Shown: positions 1 to 10,458, numbered from the stretch's first letter. The stretch: DNA of 29,714 nucleotides from Catajapyx aquilonaris (GCA_000934665.2 KZ538256.1:62001-91714), one strand, 5' to 3'. The notes: a model not told the origin generated them from the sequence alone. Numbers and translations are program-made.

Positions 1-1893
1 AGAAAAGAGGGGGTTAGTTGGACTATTATCCGGGTCTGGGAAAACGACCCAATGGAACGTTCTGAGGAAATGGACGGTCCAGTGTCACTTTTCGCCACCG
101 GGGCGCTATCAGGCTTCCAGTGGAGGTTATTGCAAAAGGCGGTTATTCCGGCAGACTGGCCAAAGGGGCAAAAAAAAATCCGACAAGTGTTTTCACTTTA
201 AATCCAGAAAGAGCTGCAATATTAGACTTTTTGCTCATTTGTAATGTACACGGTGGAATTACCCGGTGCCACGCGTCTGATTTGCATAACAAAACAGTCA
301 GTCGACAGTTTTCTGATATTATGAAACACACGGTATACATTTGTTAAAAAACCGTAACTCCCAACACCATCCTGTCGACGTGGTCTACTTTGGAGGTGTC
401 CACTAAATTCGCTAATGGTTTGAACCTATTCTTGTCCAGCCTGAAACCCTGTCAGACACCGCATTGTAGCCGGCCATGCACAATAGCCCTCCATTTTTCG
501 GCGTGTCGCTGGTCCTGAAAATAGGGAAGCAGCATCGGACCTGATCCCGGATGCACAATTATTCATTCCGGAGCACTATTGAAGAGTCACCCCCCTAAAA
601 AAAACTTTGAATTGTTTGGCCATCATCAGTCGGGGCTTTTCCACATCCCCCCAAGCCTCCTATCGAAAACGGTCCTTCGGCTCCAAAAAAATTCGGGAGC
701 TCCATCGTCCGGGTCATTCAGAACGGACGTTCTTCACTCAACAGGTAAGCTCTGGGGAATTCGCGTTTGCAAAAGAGGAGGATCTCTTGAGGTCATCGGG
801 CGAGGTCGGTCCGCTGCCAGTTTCGCCGTAATGAAAATTTATCGCCCTAAAACCCACTCGAGAAAACAAAAACCGAATTTTACTGCAGCAGCCGTCGTGT
901 CATTTCCTCGGAGAAATAAAATACCGGGGGTTCCTGTGCCGTACCGGAGGGAGGGTGTACAGTAGTGATTTTGATTGCAAAATACCGGTGTGCATGCGGA
1001 ATGATCCGAGACATAATTAGTTTGCTTATCCGGTTTCGTTGATGTCAGGATCGCTTTGCCTGTCTCATGTTCCGAATGATCCGGGGCAAGCTATTCGGAT
1101 CCTTACTGTTTGACGACTGCCCGAATTATATTGCGAAGGATGGGTTGAAGCCCAATGGCTTCTGACAGTTTGCTGAAGTTCGGCACCAATTTTCGGAGCA
1201 GTGGAAAGTCGCTTTTAATCATCAAAATCTGTTGAGATAACCAGAACCTCAAATGGAATATTACGATAGAAATATCGCGCTCCATTTTTTAAAAAACCGC
1301 GAACTTCATGCGTTTTAAATTAGGTTTGAATCATCCTGTGTACACGGACCAAAAAAAGGTGACTTCCAAAAAAATTGATTCCTGGAGCAATATCCAACTT
1401 ATTACGTTACACATTTCAGAAGCCAATTGCAAGCCAGGTTCCCCGAGGCTAGGTACAAGTACTGGACTATTTTCTGACAAGTGCTGGGCTTACCTCTCGG
1501 GCGCTTAATGAAAGCTGCAGAGAATGGCAGCTTCCGATATTTATCTGCCCTACTTCTCCGGGCGATACCATACTCTCTACGGTACTGCCCATTCCACTGC
1601 CTTCTCTGCTCTCCGCACATTACACAACGTAGGTATTTTTTTTTTCTTTCTTTTCTGGCGAGACTAATGCAACATTCAGCAAGGGATGCAGACAGGGCCA
1701 ACCCAGCTCCATGAAATTTTCATTGTTTCCTTCTGAATGAGAAAACTCAGTTGCTGCACCGAAGCGATTACAATGGGAATGGTGTGTATTTTTCTTACAC
1801 GCGGTGCGTCCAAATGGCTCCGGAGTTCAGAGTAAACTTTTAACGTCCCGGTACCGGATTATTACGGCACATTTCAGCCGGTTCCAAATTAGA

Positions 1894-1927
1894 ACATACC
1901 TGGAAAAAAGACAAAAAAAAGTCAGCG
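1894..1927 (-). promoter_or_regulatory. Candidate recursive splice site (juxtaposed 3'/5' splice sites)
   Basis: The minus strand reads CGCTGAC TTTTTTTTGTCTTTTTTC CAG|GTATGT: a consensus branch point 22 nt from the AG, a near-pure pyrimidine tract, and CAG followed directly by a consensus donor. The junction is at 1900/1899. Confidence 0.5.
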
Positions 1928-2180
1928 CCTGGTATTGCGGCCGACCGTGCGACAAGAAAGGCTCATAGGTTAGCGGACTTCCAGGATGAACCTTATGTAC
2001 TGTAGTCCCAGTGAGCATTGTGGCTTTGAGGGCAACAATTAATTTGCGCAACGTTGGTCCTGGAAACCACAGTGTGGCTTGATGTCACAGTTACTTTGTT
2101 AACTTCCGCTAGATGACAAGCAATGTCGACAATGATACGGTCAGGATACGGTATGAAGCGGAGAGAAGCCGAGGTCATTG

Positions 2181-2200
2181 AAAATGGCGCGAAATTTGAA
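2181..2200 (+). promoter_or_regulatory. Composite YY1-like / E2F-CDE / CHR motif
   Basis: AAAATGGCGCGAAATTTGAA contains GGCGCGAAA (reverse complement of the E2F site TTTCGCGCC) and the pattern GGCGC-4nt-TTTGAA (CDE-CHR spacing). Motif match only. Confidence 0.3.
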
Positions 2201-2371
2201 TTTTCTGAGGCAGCAATTCTTTCTGGAGCTGATTAGGTGTAGATATTAAATATTTAATTACATGTGTAAACTGCAAGGAGTAGCTCTCTCGTCGCCATTT
2301 GCGGCCATTCTCAGTTTTGCCAGCACAATTTCATCACAATTTTTTGGCGGCGCAGGCACAATATTGCTTGA

Positions 2372-2734
2372 GGTTTGAGTCCTAAGTCATTGTGCGTATT
2401 TTTATTCAAAACGGTAACATGTACAGATTTGACCATTACTACGTTTTTAAGGTCTGGCGATTACAATTTGGACTGGAATATAGATGGCCCAGAGATCTCA
2501 AGGGGAGCAGATAAACGAAAGGGGATTGTGACGCCCACCCCGAGCTGCATGCGATGGTGGTATGGTGGAGGTTATGATCACCTTTAGTTTTCTGGCCCCC
2601 CTTGCGATGTGGATGCCATCTATATATCAGATCAAATTCTAATCGCCGAACCTTCAAAATTTACCAAAGGTCATCTCTGTATGTGTTACCGTTTTTGAAT
2701 TTTAAAAATACTCGCCATGACTTTTGACTCAGCC
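2372..2734. repeat. Long degenerate palindrome (foldback / old MITE-like element)
   Basis: Two ~165-bp arms align along their length at roughly 75% identity by hand. Examples: TTCAAAACGGTAACATGTACAGATTTGACC vs the reverse complement of GGTCATCTCTGTATGTGTTACCGTTTTTGAA, and ATATAGATGGC vs GCCATCTATAT. The centre is near 2550. No clear target duplication. Confidence 0.85.
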
Positions 2735-3133
2735 CACGTAACTTCAAAGTCATTGGGTCAGAAATGACCAAAACATAATAAAAACCATCCTTACGTCGCA
2801 TATGATGAGAAAAAGGCGTTAGAATTTTTCTTCCCAAAATCCTAAATGTGTGCAGTACAGGGTTAAAATTAATAAAATAATGAGATGTCAGCAGCTGGCC
2901 GAGGTGTTAAGGTGGAGGAGATGTGTACTCGTCGACGTCCAGTAAACGACTGAGGCGGTCTTCCACCCATTGCGCATGCGCGGAACGGGGGCCAGTAGGA
3001 ATAATCGCGGCGGTAACAATATGCGACGGAGCAGTCAGAGGGCTCGGTCAAACAAGGCAAAGATTTTAATATTATAGATTTTAAAATGGTAAAAATAAAC
3101 GAAAAATTCCCAATATTTTACAGGACATTACAG

Positions 3134-3235
3134 GTACTATGGGGCTCAAATTGTTTTGGCCATTTTATCCTGGTCTTGAAGCAACTCTTCACACACCCAC
3201 ACACTCACCGTGGGGCAATTTGAGCCCCATAGTAC
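3134..3235. mobile_element. Tiny MITE-like element with perfect 20-bp inverted repeats
   Basis: GTACTATGGGGCTCAAATTG (3134-3153) and CAATTTGAGCCCCATAGTAC (3216-3235) are exact reverse complements around a 62-bp spacer. The TA near each outer end is compatible with a TA target duplication. Confidence 0.7.
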
Positions 3236-3790
3236 AATAATTATTCCCAGTAGATGCGGTTCCAGACCTGTCCTAGCCCTAAGCCTCTGATGAAAGGCTT
3301 GCTCTAAGTAGCATAGTACCTGCCGGTGAGCACATCAAAAACCAAGTTGCGTAACCTCAAGCACATAGTCCACGCTTTTGAAAGGAAGGTCGCCCGTCGC
3401 CCTAAAGGTCACCGCTTATGCTCGTGGCAAGGCACTTTTCTGGCGCCATGAATTATGAACCGGCGGCCTATTCACACCGGCTGATTTTCTATTTTCACCT
3501 GGGCTTTTTACCCCCTCCAACCTCTTCTACCACATAAAAGCTGGCTAGAAATGATGACGTCAGACGCAGCGGTGTAATCAATGGGAAGGCGAGTTGAGTC
3601 TGGTGCGCGGTCGCATTCACAAATCAAGGCCCCCGCAAAACAGGCGACCTTGCATTCACTACGACGGATATTAGCCGTAATAAGTGGGATATTCCGCCGC
3701 TCTTGTTTTAGGCTGATTAAATGAGAGCCACTCCAGAAAAGCAAAAGGAGCAAGGCCATCGACATAATGCCTCCTACCGCCTCCATCCAG

Positions 3791-3792
<2 letters not shown>

Positions 3793-3837
<45 letters not shown>
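3793..3837. repeat. (TC)22 / (GA)n microsatellite
   Basis: Perfect dinucleotide run seen directly. It produces the ERERER/SLSLSL stretches in the spurious ORFs. Confidence 0.98.
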
Positions 3838-3841
<4 letters not shown>

Positions 3842-6800
3842 ATCGGTTTAATAGTGTTATCCTCCACAGAGTGTGCCACCGTGGAAGAGACGTCACGGTG
3901 AGGAATCTAATGAAATTTCTGAGTTTACAGTCCATGGGTAGCCCACAGGCAAAGGGCTGCTTCATAAAACCTCACTGTTTCGTCACATTAAGGTTACCCG
4001 ATAAACACACTTCAAGTTTATCTGCACAGACGCAGAGATACTTCGGATGCAACTCCGAACAATCTAGTCACCACACGTGTAAACCGCCAACGATTCATCT
4101 GACAAGGAAACCGGACATGTTGACCTACGGCACTTTATTCATTATTGCATGACACTCTTCACGTTATGCTTCATCACATTTTATGGCCGCCCCTAAATAA
4201 AGGGCCTGCATAAACCATGTGCCATTTTTCCCCGCCGTTTATTGACAGTTAAAATAATGTTGCAATATGCCAGACACCACGATCGCTCACCACGAACCAG
4301 CACGCGAGTCAACATTTGCAAAACTGCATTTGCCATTCTGATACTGTAAAAAGCGGCATACACATCAGCCCTGAACCGTGGTTTATCTCAGAAAAATAGG
4401 GGCTATTCCGGTTGGCCCCAGTGATTCATGTTACAAAGCCACCTTGCCTGTCACGAAACTTGTTTTCCCCCCAAATGGAGTGCTATTACATGAATTATGG
4501 GTCGCCCCATTGGTACAGCCGTTGCACCACGTATTTACGTATTTGCTGCATGTTAACTAGGTCGAAATAAATAAGTACTCTAATTAGGGACCGGACGGTT
4601 GACAATTAAACGTTCGCGCTACACGCCCATACAGATCCGCAATGGTCATTGGAGCCTGTAAATGTGTCGCTCAAATTGAAAATCGCTTCTCTGGTATTTA
4701 CTGTAGTTAAGACAAAAAACCATCTAACTTAATAATCCCCCTATCGACCAAATATACCCGCATCTGTCGACTCAATCCATGCAATACGCAGGCTGCCGCC
4801 GTTTTAATCCGGTTCCTAATCGTGAATGACTTTGACGATCCCATTCCTGCAATATTGACGACGCCAGGCGCCGCCATACCCCCCTCCCATCCCCACCTCC
4901 CCTTCAATTAGAGAGCTCGGCAGCCATGAACTTGCTGGAGGCCCCCCCACGTTTTCTCATTCACACAGATGCGGCTACGGTGCGATAACGCCAATCTCCG
5001 GATGCCCGGAAATTGGTAACATCGAATACTTGCAGACCTAGACAAAAGGGTCAGACCTATGACCAGATAAGGCACACCGATTTCCTCTTTTTTCCCCCTT
5101 TTTTAAAAAAATATGAGAGGTGTATGAAACAAAGCAAGTTTAGCGCATCAGTGGTGTTGAAACATCCGGAGATGTAGAACTCTCCAGGGTAACATCCATC
5201 ATAGCAAATGTAGGTTCTGATTAGTGAATGGGAAAGTTATGGCGCGCTTTAGATTGGTTCTGACATTACCCATTCAGGGTCTCCTGGGAAAGTGACAATG
5301 TAAATAGCTGAAAGGGTGGAAAAAAAAAGAGAGGACGTTTGTTTTTGTTACGCATTTTCCTCATCTGATCCACGGGGGTCTTCATTACGGTGTGTTTTCC
5401 CTAGAAGCATGCTTCGCTGCTTTGTACAAATATATTACCTAATAGGACCTAACTTCTGCAATCCCATTAGACGCACCAGCCCATTTAATTGGGTACGGCC
5501 GTACCAACTTGGGTCGTCCCTATTTGCTTATTATTATTCCCATAATAAAAAAATCCAGAGTTTTTTTTTCCGCCTTGTACGCATATGAACCTGACACTTC
5601 ACTCCGTCGTCAGGCTTCAAAAAACATCAGGTACCTCTTTTGTCACCCCCAGTATACACCGTCACTTAAGTGCAAACCTGTGTTGCGGCTTGCACAGTAC
5701 TTCGAACCCCCGGTGAACCTCCCGAAACCCGAGACTGCACGTGTGCTTCTCTCTAGGGTGGGCATCATCTATCGGCCTCCGGAAATCACCGTCTGAACCC
5801 TCATTTTTATCCGTAAACATCGAGCGGTAGTAAGTTTCAGATGACGTGGTACAGCCTCCATCATCCATCCGCCCACGTACCACCTTCCAACCCACCATCA
5901 GGCCACCTCGTGGTATCGAACTGACAACGCTGTCAAGGCGCGGAAGCGATCGATACGTCACAGGCGCTGTTGCCATGTTGCAACCTTTAACCCCACCCCC
6001 ACCCCCTCCCACCCTATCCGGACACTGAGCCGGGTTTCAGTTAGTCCACACCAATTGCTATCGAAACCACTGGACAACGGTACTCGTGCCACCAATGAGT
6101 GGACTCAGCCAGTTGACGGGTACAATCCCCAAATAGACGGTTATTTCGTGTCCAGTTTGGCCAATCAAAAGGTAGCATGTGACCTTGAAATGCAATGTGA
6201 TTCAAATTGTAATTTACACACATTCAAAAATTACAGGCGACCATTTTTTAAAAAATAATAAATAACAAACGCAGATTTTAACCAAAATAGTGGTAGTCTA
6301 TGACCAGTGTGCATGCGAGTCACGGTGGTCGAATTTGAACGCCAGACATTGAATTTGAAGACTAGATCCCATTATCCTGGGAAAGGCAACTGAAATGGAT
6401 GCTGTTGCCATGTAGTCAAAATGAGACCACAATGCATCCCTACTGTGCAGTGAAAGTGTTATGTCATGCAAACAAACGCAGTTGTCAGTGCTTTCTGCTA
6501 ATTGGCTACAAAAAAAAAAGACAACCATGTTTACATGGACAGAACTCTCTCTCTCCCGTTACGCTAAAGTTAGTTCGGTAACCATATGAAACAGTAAGCT
6601 AACGATATATGCCCCGCTTCTTTTTCCATGTGAAAAATGCATGTCCAACAATGCAAAGTTCTACTCCAAACGCAGAAGCGAAACCAGTTTATAAACGAGC
6701 TCCCGTCACACTGTACCTGTCCGCGTAAATGATATTTTATCCCGCACTAAGGCTGTAATCCCTCTTAGGCCCAGTGCCACTGAATTAAAGTCAACTCTGT

Positions 6801-6926
6801 TTTTTAACCCTCCGATTTTAGTCTATACAAAGGCTACCCCAAATTTGGTTAAATATCACAGTTTGAAAATCATACTACCACAAGACAGGTTAATAAAAAC
6901 AAACAAATCATCACTGTGTTTCTATA

Positions 6927-7161
6927 CAGGGTGTTAATCCTAAGCGTGTCACCAGAAAAGGTGGTGGTAGAGGGCGCAAGTGTGAGCATTTTTGCATAAG
7001 GAACTAGGGGTCGAAAACGCACCCTCACCGAGTTTCAAGTTTGCGGCAGGCAGTGTGCAAGAGACGTGCGTTTCCGACCCCTAGTTCCTTATGCAAAAAT
7101 GCTCACACCTGCGCCCTCTACCACCACCTTTTCTGGTGACACGCTTAGGATTAACACCCTG
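6927..7161. mobile_element. MITE, Tc1/mariner-type non-autonomous DNA transposon (235 bp)
   Basis: 96-bp terminal inverted repeats (6927-7022 and 7066-7161) match at 94/96 positions around a 43-bp spacer. Ends are CAGGGTGTT...AACACCCTG, with TA on both sides (6925-6926, 7162-7163), the Tc1/mariner target duplication. No coding capacity. Confidence 0.92.
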
Positions 7162-9008
7162 TATATGCATAAGAGGTAGTAATGTAGTCAGTCAAATCAA
7201 TAAAATAACCTAATAATATAATAATATTCATTAATTCACTCAATAATGACAAGTGCTCCATAAATGAATGAATAAATGTGGCTCTGGTTTCCACTTCCAA
7301 GTGCGAATTGGCTAGATGGCAGGTCGTTCTTCAGCTGTCAAGAGCACCAAATCACTTTTCCCTATCGCTTATTCAAATGAATCTCCGTCTGTATCCAGAT
7401 CTTTGTCCAGGATGCTACCCAATTTATGGCCAGGAATTGATCGGCGTTGCACACACCAAAAAAAAAACAACCTTGAAAATGAAGTTAAGGTCCGAGTTTT
7501 TCAACGCGCGCATCTTCAATCCCTCTTCCCCACAATATTTGCTCTTCTTTCCTCCTGGCTGAATCCATCAAATGTTCGGTCCTGAGCGAATCGGAGAGCT
7601 GAGAAGCGATCCCAAAGATTAATCCCAGGTATGGGATTATTAAAATAGGCTCGTACTTGGATCGATCCAAACCGCTGGATAAAGAAAGGAAGAGTAATCT
7701 GAATCTGAATGGACCTGTCCCGCCAGATATATTGTCTCCTTAAAAGATTTTCGAGTGGGATTCAAATAGATACGTCAGCTAGCATCCGCGCCTTATACAG
7801 CCATACCATAATGCATTTGTAATTTTCGCCTTCTCAGCTATAAATTCCCTGCGAATTATGGCGGGCTCTGTTGTGTGCAGGACCCAGGCTTCGAATCGAT
7901 AGCCTCTGTTGTGCAACGAATCAAAGGATTGTCAGAAACAGCGCGGGAATTTGAGAGGGTGGCCAAAAGTACGGGAGCTATTCGTCCCAGCTCTTGGGGC
8001 GCGGATTTTGGGAGCCAACCCTACAGGCACTTACAAATGAACAACAGGGTGAGTCAGGAAGATTTGCCAATATGGCAACTTTTAAGTGTCACGTCAGGTG
8101 GTGTTAAAAAATTTGGCAAGAAAAACTTCCGTTCCCAAATGAAGGGCCTAATTTGTGCACCAGGTTGACACGAGACAATATCTGCTCAGGTGTCGCGCTA
8201 TTTTACATATAAAACTGAGAAGTTTCGTACATCGCTTAAACTGCCCATTTTGAAACACCAGCAGTTTCTGTACCTAATGCCCCGGTTTCATATGTAAATA
8301 AATCCACTTTAGACACCACAAAGGGCAGGAGTAATCTTCTCCACATTGTTATGACATGCACAAAGGTAATCCACATTGCAATTCAACTCAGCCCACTAAG
8401 CTGCCCCTACAAAGTAACCAGCCACTTCATCCTATTCTCATCCCACAACAGTCAACGACATTCTGGCTCCCTCTGTACATACTGCCGCATCGAGAGAACT
8501 CCAGATAATTCGAGTTAGAACCGGAAGCCAAGCCACACTCGGCACTTTCGGAAATCAACATCCAGCCCAAGTCCAAAGCGCCACCTGCCTCCATCGATTC
8601 GACCGACTTACAATTGCAAAATTGATCTCCCCATCCTCCCCTCCCAACCCCACCTAGAATCTTCAACTAGAAAGGTTACCCATGGACCAGAATACCCGTC
8701 AACCCGAATCCCCTCAGTACTTCATCACTCCTCATCTGCTTTAAAAGGGCTTACTTCCCGGTCAGATCCGGGAGCACTAAAATCATTAAATATTTCTCAA
8801 TCCTCCCCCATGCAAAAATTCCCCAAGGGTTTTCCTCCTCCACCCTCTACCAGCCATGGAAACTTTGCATGGTTGCTCCAGATGAGAAACACTCGATCAG
8901 TCCGCCACCATGTGGCTTCCGAACCAAGTTTCCGCCACGCCGCGAACCCCATCTGTATTCCCGCGGGAAAAGGAAACAACAGAAGGTAAAGGATGAAGAG
9001 AAACTTAC

Positions 9009-9179
9009 CCTTAGATGTGGTCGAGACAGCAGATCCCGAAGCTCCTCCAGATCTTCAGAGGCAGCCGGATCGAGGTCCACTTCTCGAAGGGATTCCAGGA
9101 CTTCTCTACAGCGTTGAACTCCTTCAGAGGGGGGTGCCCGAACTGGGCTTAGGGCTCGACTGCTGATGCGGTCGTAAAG
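9009..9179 (-). CDS. CASK: Internal coding exon of CASK/LIN-2 (end of first L27 domain, linker and most of second L27 domain)
   Basis: The minus strand reads polypyrimidine ttttttttgtcttcctc...tgtgtAG|CTT TAC GAC ... CAT CTA AGG|GTAAGT, i.e. canonical acceptor and donor around 171 nt (57 codons, no stops). The peptide LYDRISSRALSPVRAPPSEGVQRCREVLESLREVDLDPAASEDLEELRDLLSRPHLR aligns by eye with CASK as I recall it (human [31 protein letters not shown]...AKELKRILTQPHFM). ORF 8847..9080(-) captures only its 3' part. Confidence 0.9.
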
Positions 9180-9216
9180 CTACACATTTTGAGGAAGACA
9201 AAAAAAAATTATTATT

Positions 9217-9245
9217 AACAACAAACAACAACAACAACAACAACA
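9217..9245. repeat. (AAC)n microsatellite, read as (GUU)n in the pre-mRNA next to the CASK acceptor
   Basis: aacaacaaacaacaacaacaacaacaaca seen directly, about 36-65 nt from the 3' splice site. Confidence 0.9.
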
Positions 9246-10394
9246 TCGGCTGGAACATATCCTTACTTTAAAACAACATCTGTCTAGTACAGTGTACAAC
9301 AGTCGAACCCTCACAAACTAGGCTTTCCAGTTTTATACGACAAGTCTCGGTGGGACAGGTACACTCCAATTACTGCAGCCTAATTGGATGGTTACCTGAG
9401 ATGCAGGAAGAACGTATTTGCAAGGCCCTGCAGCTGCAGGTGTACAATGCGACGTCTTCGGAGCTACAGCTTCTCCCCTTTCATGTTGCAAAGTGAGTTA
9501 CAACGAGCAATGCATAATCACATTTTATGCTCCGCTGCCCTTATACTGGGGCCTTTTTTGCAATTCGCCTTACTATTATGCAAAATGACTTCCGCTAAGT
9601 TCTTTCTAGGTGCAGAAGCACAACTTTTTAATTAAGGGAAAATTTGATTACTCTTTCCCACAATTACGTCGCTGCCAAATTTGCGTAATAAAATTTCAAT
9701 AGTAAAATACGCTGCAACTGTCTGAAAGTCACTTAGGTTATTCAAGTCCTACGTAACACATTTTATTGAACATATTGGGCTACTTTATTAAAGGCCAGTG
9801 AGATGTCACCAGTAGTCTTCAAGGCCAACTTTCATCCTGCACGTTAGCTAACCAATGAGCCTCTCCTGTTCGCCACTCAACCCACAACTAAGGGGCTCCC
9901 AAACTATAGACCAGAGCGCCTGTCATCCATACTCGGCCGGCAAACAAAAGGGCTGCATAGGTTAGCTACGACACAGGATGAAGCGTTTGACACCATTGTA
10001 TTAGCCAACAAGTCCTGTCACCTGAAAACATTCAGCCCCATCACAAACTCTGCCAGATTTTTGACACGGGGTTTCGACTGCATACTAAATCACCAAATCG
10101 TGACAAGATCGGATGTGTTCATGCATGCCGGACACTTTGTTTTATGATCTATCAGTTCAGCTCTCACTGTCGACTGATCCCCCTTCTTCCAATGACCACC
10201 CAATTGAACGTAATGAGGCTTTGTTCAATTTCGTAATCCCCCTCTATGAGCCCTATAAATTCCATAAGCACACTGTACTGGCTACTGATTGGGTAGGCCT
10301 ACAAATCGGATGCAAATTGGGTGCAGATTGTCAGCATATTGATTTCATTATCCAACTGGTTCAAACCTTGCCATAAACCAGGGAACCGTCGCAA

Positions 10395-10458
10395 ACATGT
10401 CCTGAATCACTTTTGTCTCCTTAAATTGGGAGACAACAAGAATGATTACAGGACGTGT
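10395..10458. repeat. 64-nt imperfect hairpin
   Basis: ACATGTCCTGAATCACTTTTGTCTCC, loop TTAAATTG, then GGAGACAACAAGAATGATTACAGGACGTGT. The arms pair with two small bulges. Confidence 0.6.

Larger units (their letters stand above)
1..9008 (-). other. CASK: Probable CASK intron downstream of the L27 exon (continues beyond the window start)
   Basis: Begins with the donor GTAAGT at 9008-9003. The expected next exon (ALLQxHDVVxHEVY..., then the PDZ domain) was not found by eye in 1-9008. Confidence 0.65.

Noticed and set aside
738..850. Minus-strand reading AINFHYGETGSGPTSPDDLKRSSSFANANSPELTC* after a weak acceptor, as a terminal exon
   Set aside because: Not in phase 0 with the upstream exon, and no recognisable homology.
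1103..1285. Minus-strand ORF MERDISIV... with AAAAATGG start context and an ACA|GTAAG donor, as an alternative first CASK exon
   Set aside because: The donor falls in phase 2, whereas the next CASK exon needs phase 0, and the peptide resembles nothing I recognise.
3508..4152. Long ORFs with ERERER/SLSLSL repeats
   Set aside because: Artefacts of the (TC)22 microsatellite.
5492..5505. 14-bp palindrome GGTACGGCCGTACC (also a 19-bp near-palindrome at 24889-24907)
   Set aside because: A 7-bp-arm palindrome is expected about once or twice per 30 kb by chance, and the 9-bp-arm one is only marginal.
5695..5730. TTCGAACCC B-box-like word suggesting a tRNA or SINE
   Set aside because: No A-box at proper spacing, no cloverleaf and no tail.
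9390..9415. Second AG|GT juxtaposition (TTCTTCCTGCATCTCAG|GTAACC), and TTTTCAG|GTGACA near 10020
   Set aside because: Weaker donors and pyrimidine tracts, and too close to the real acceptor to be convincing ratchet points.
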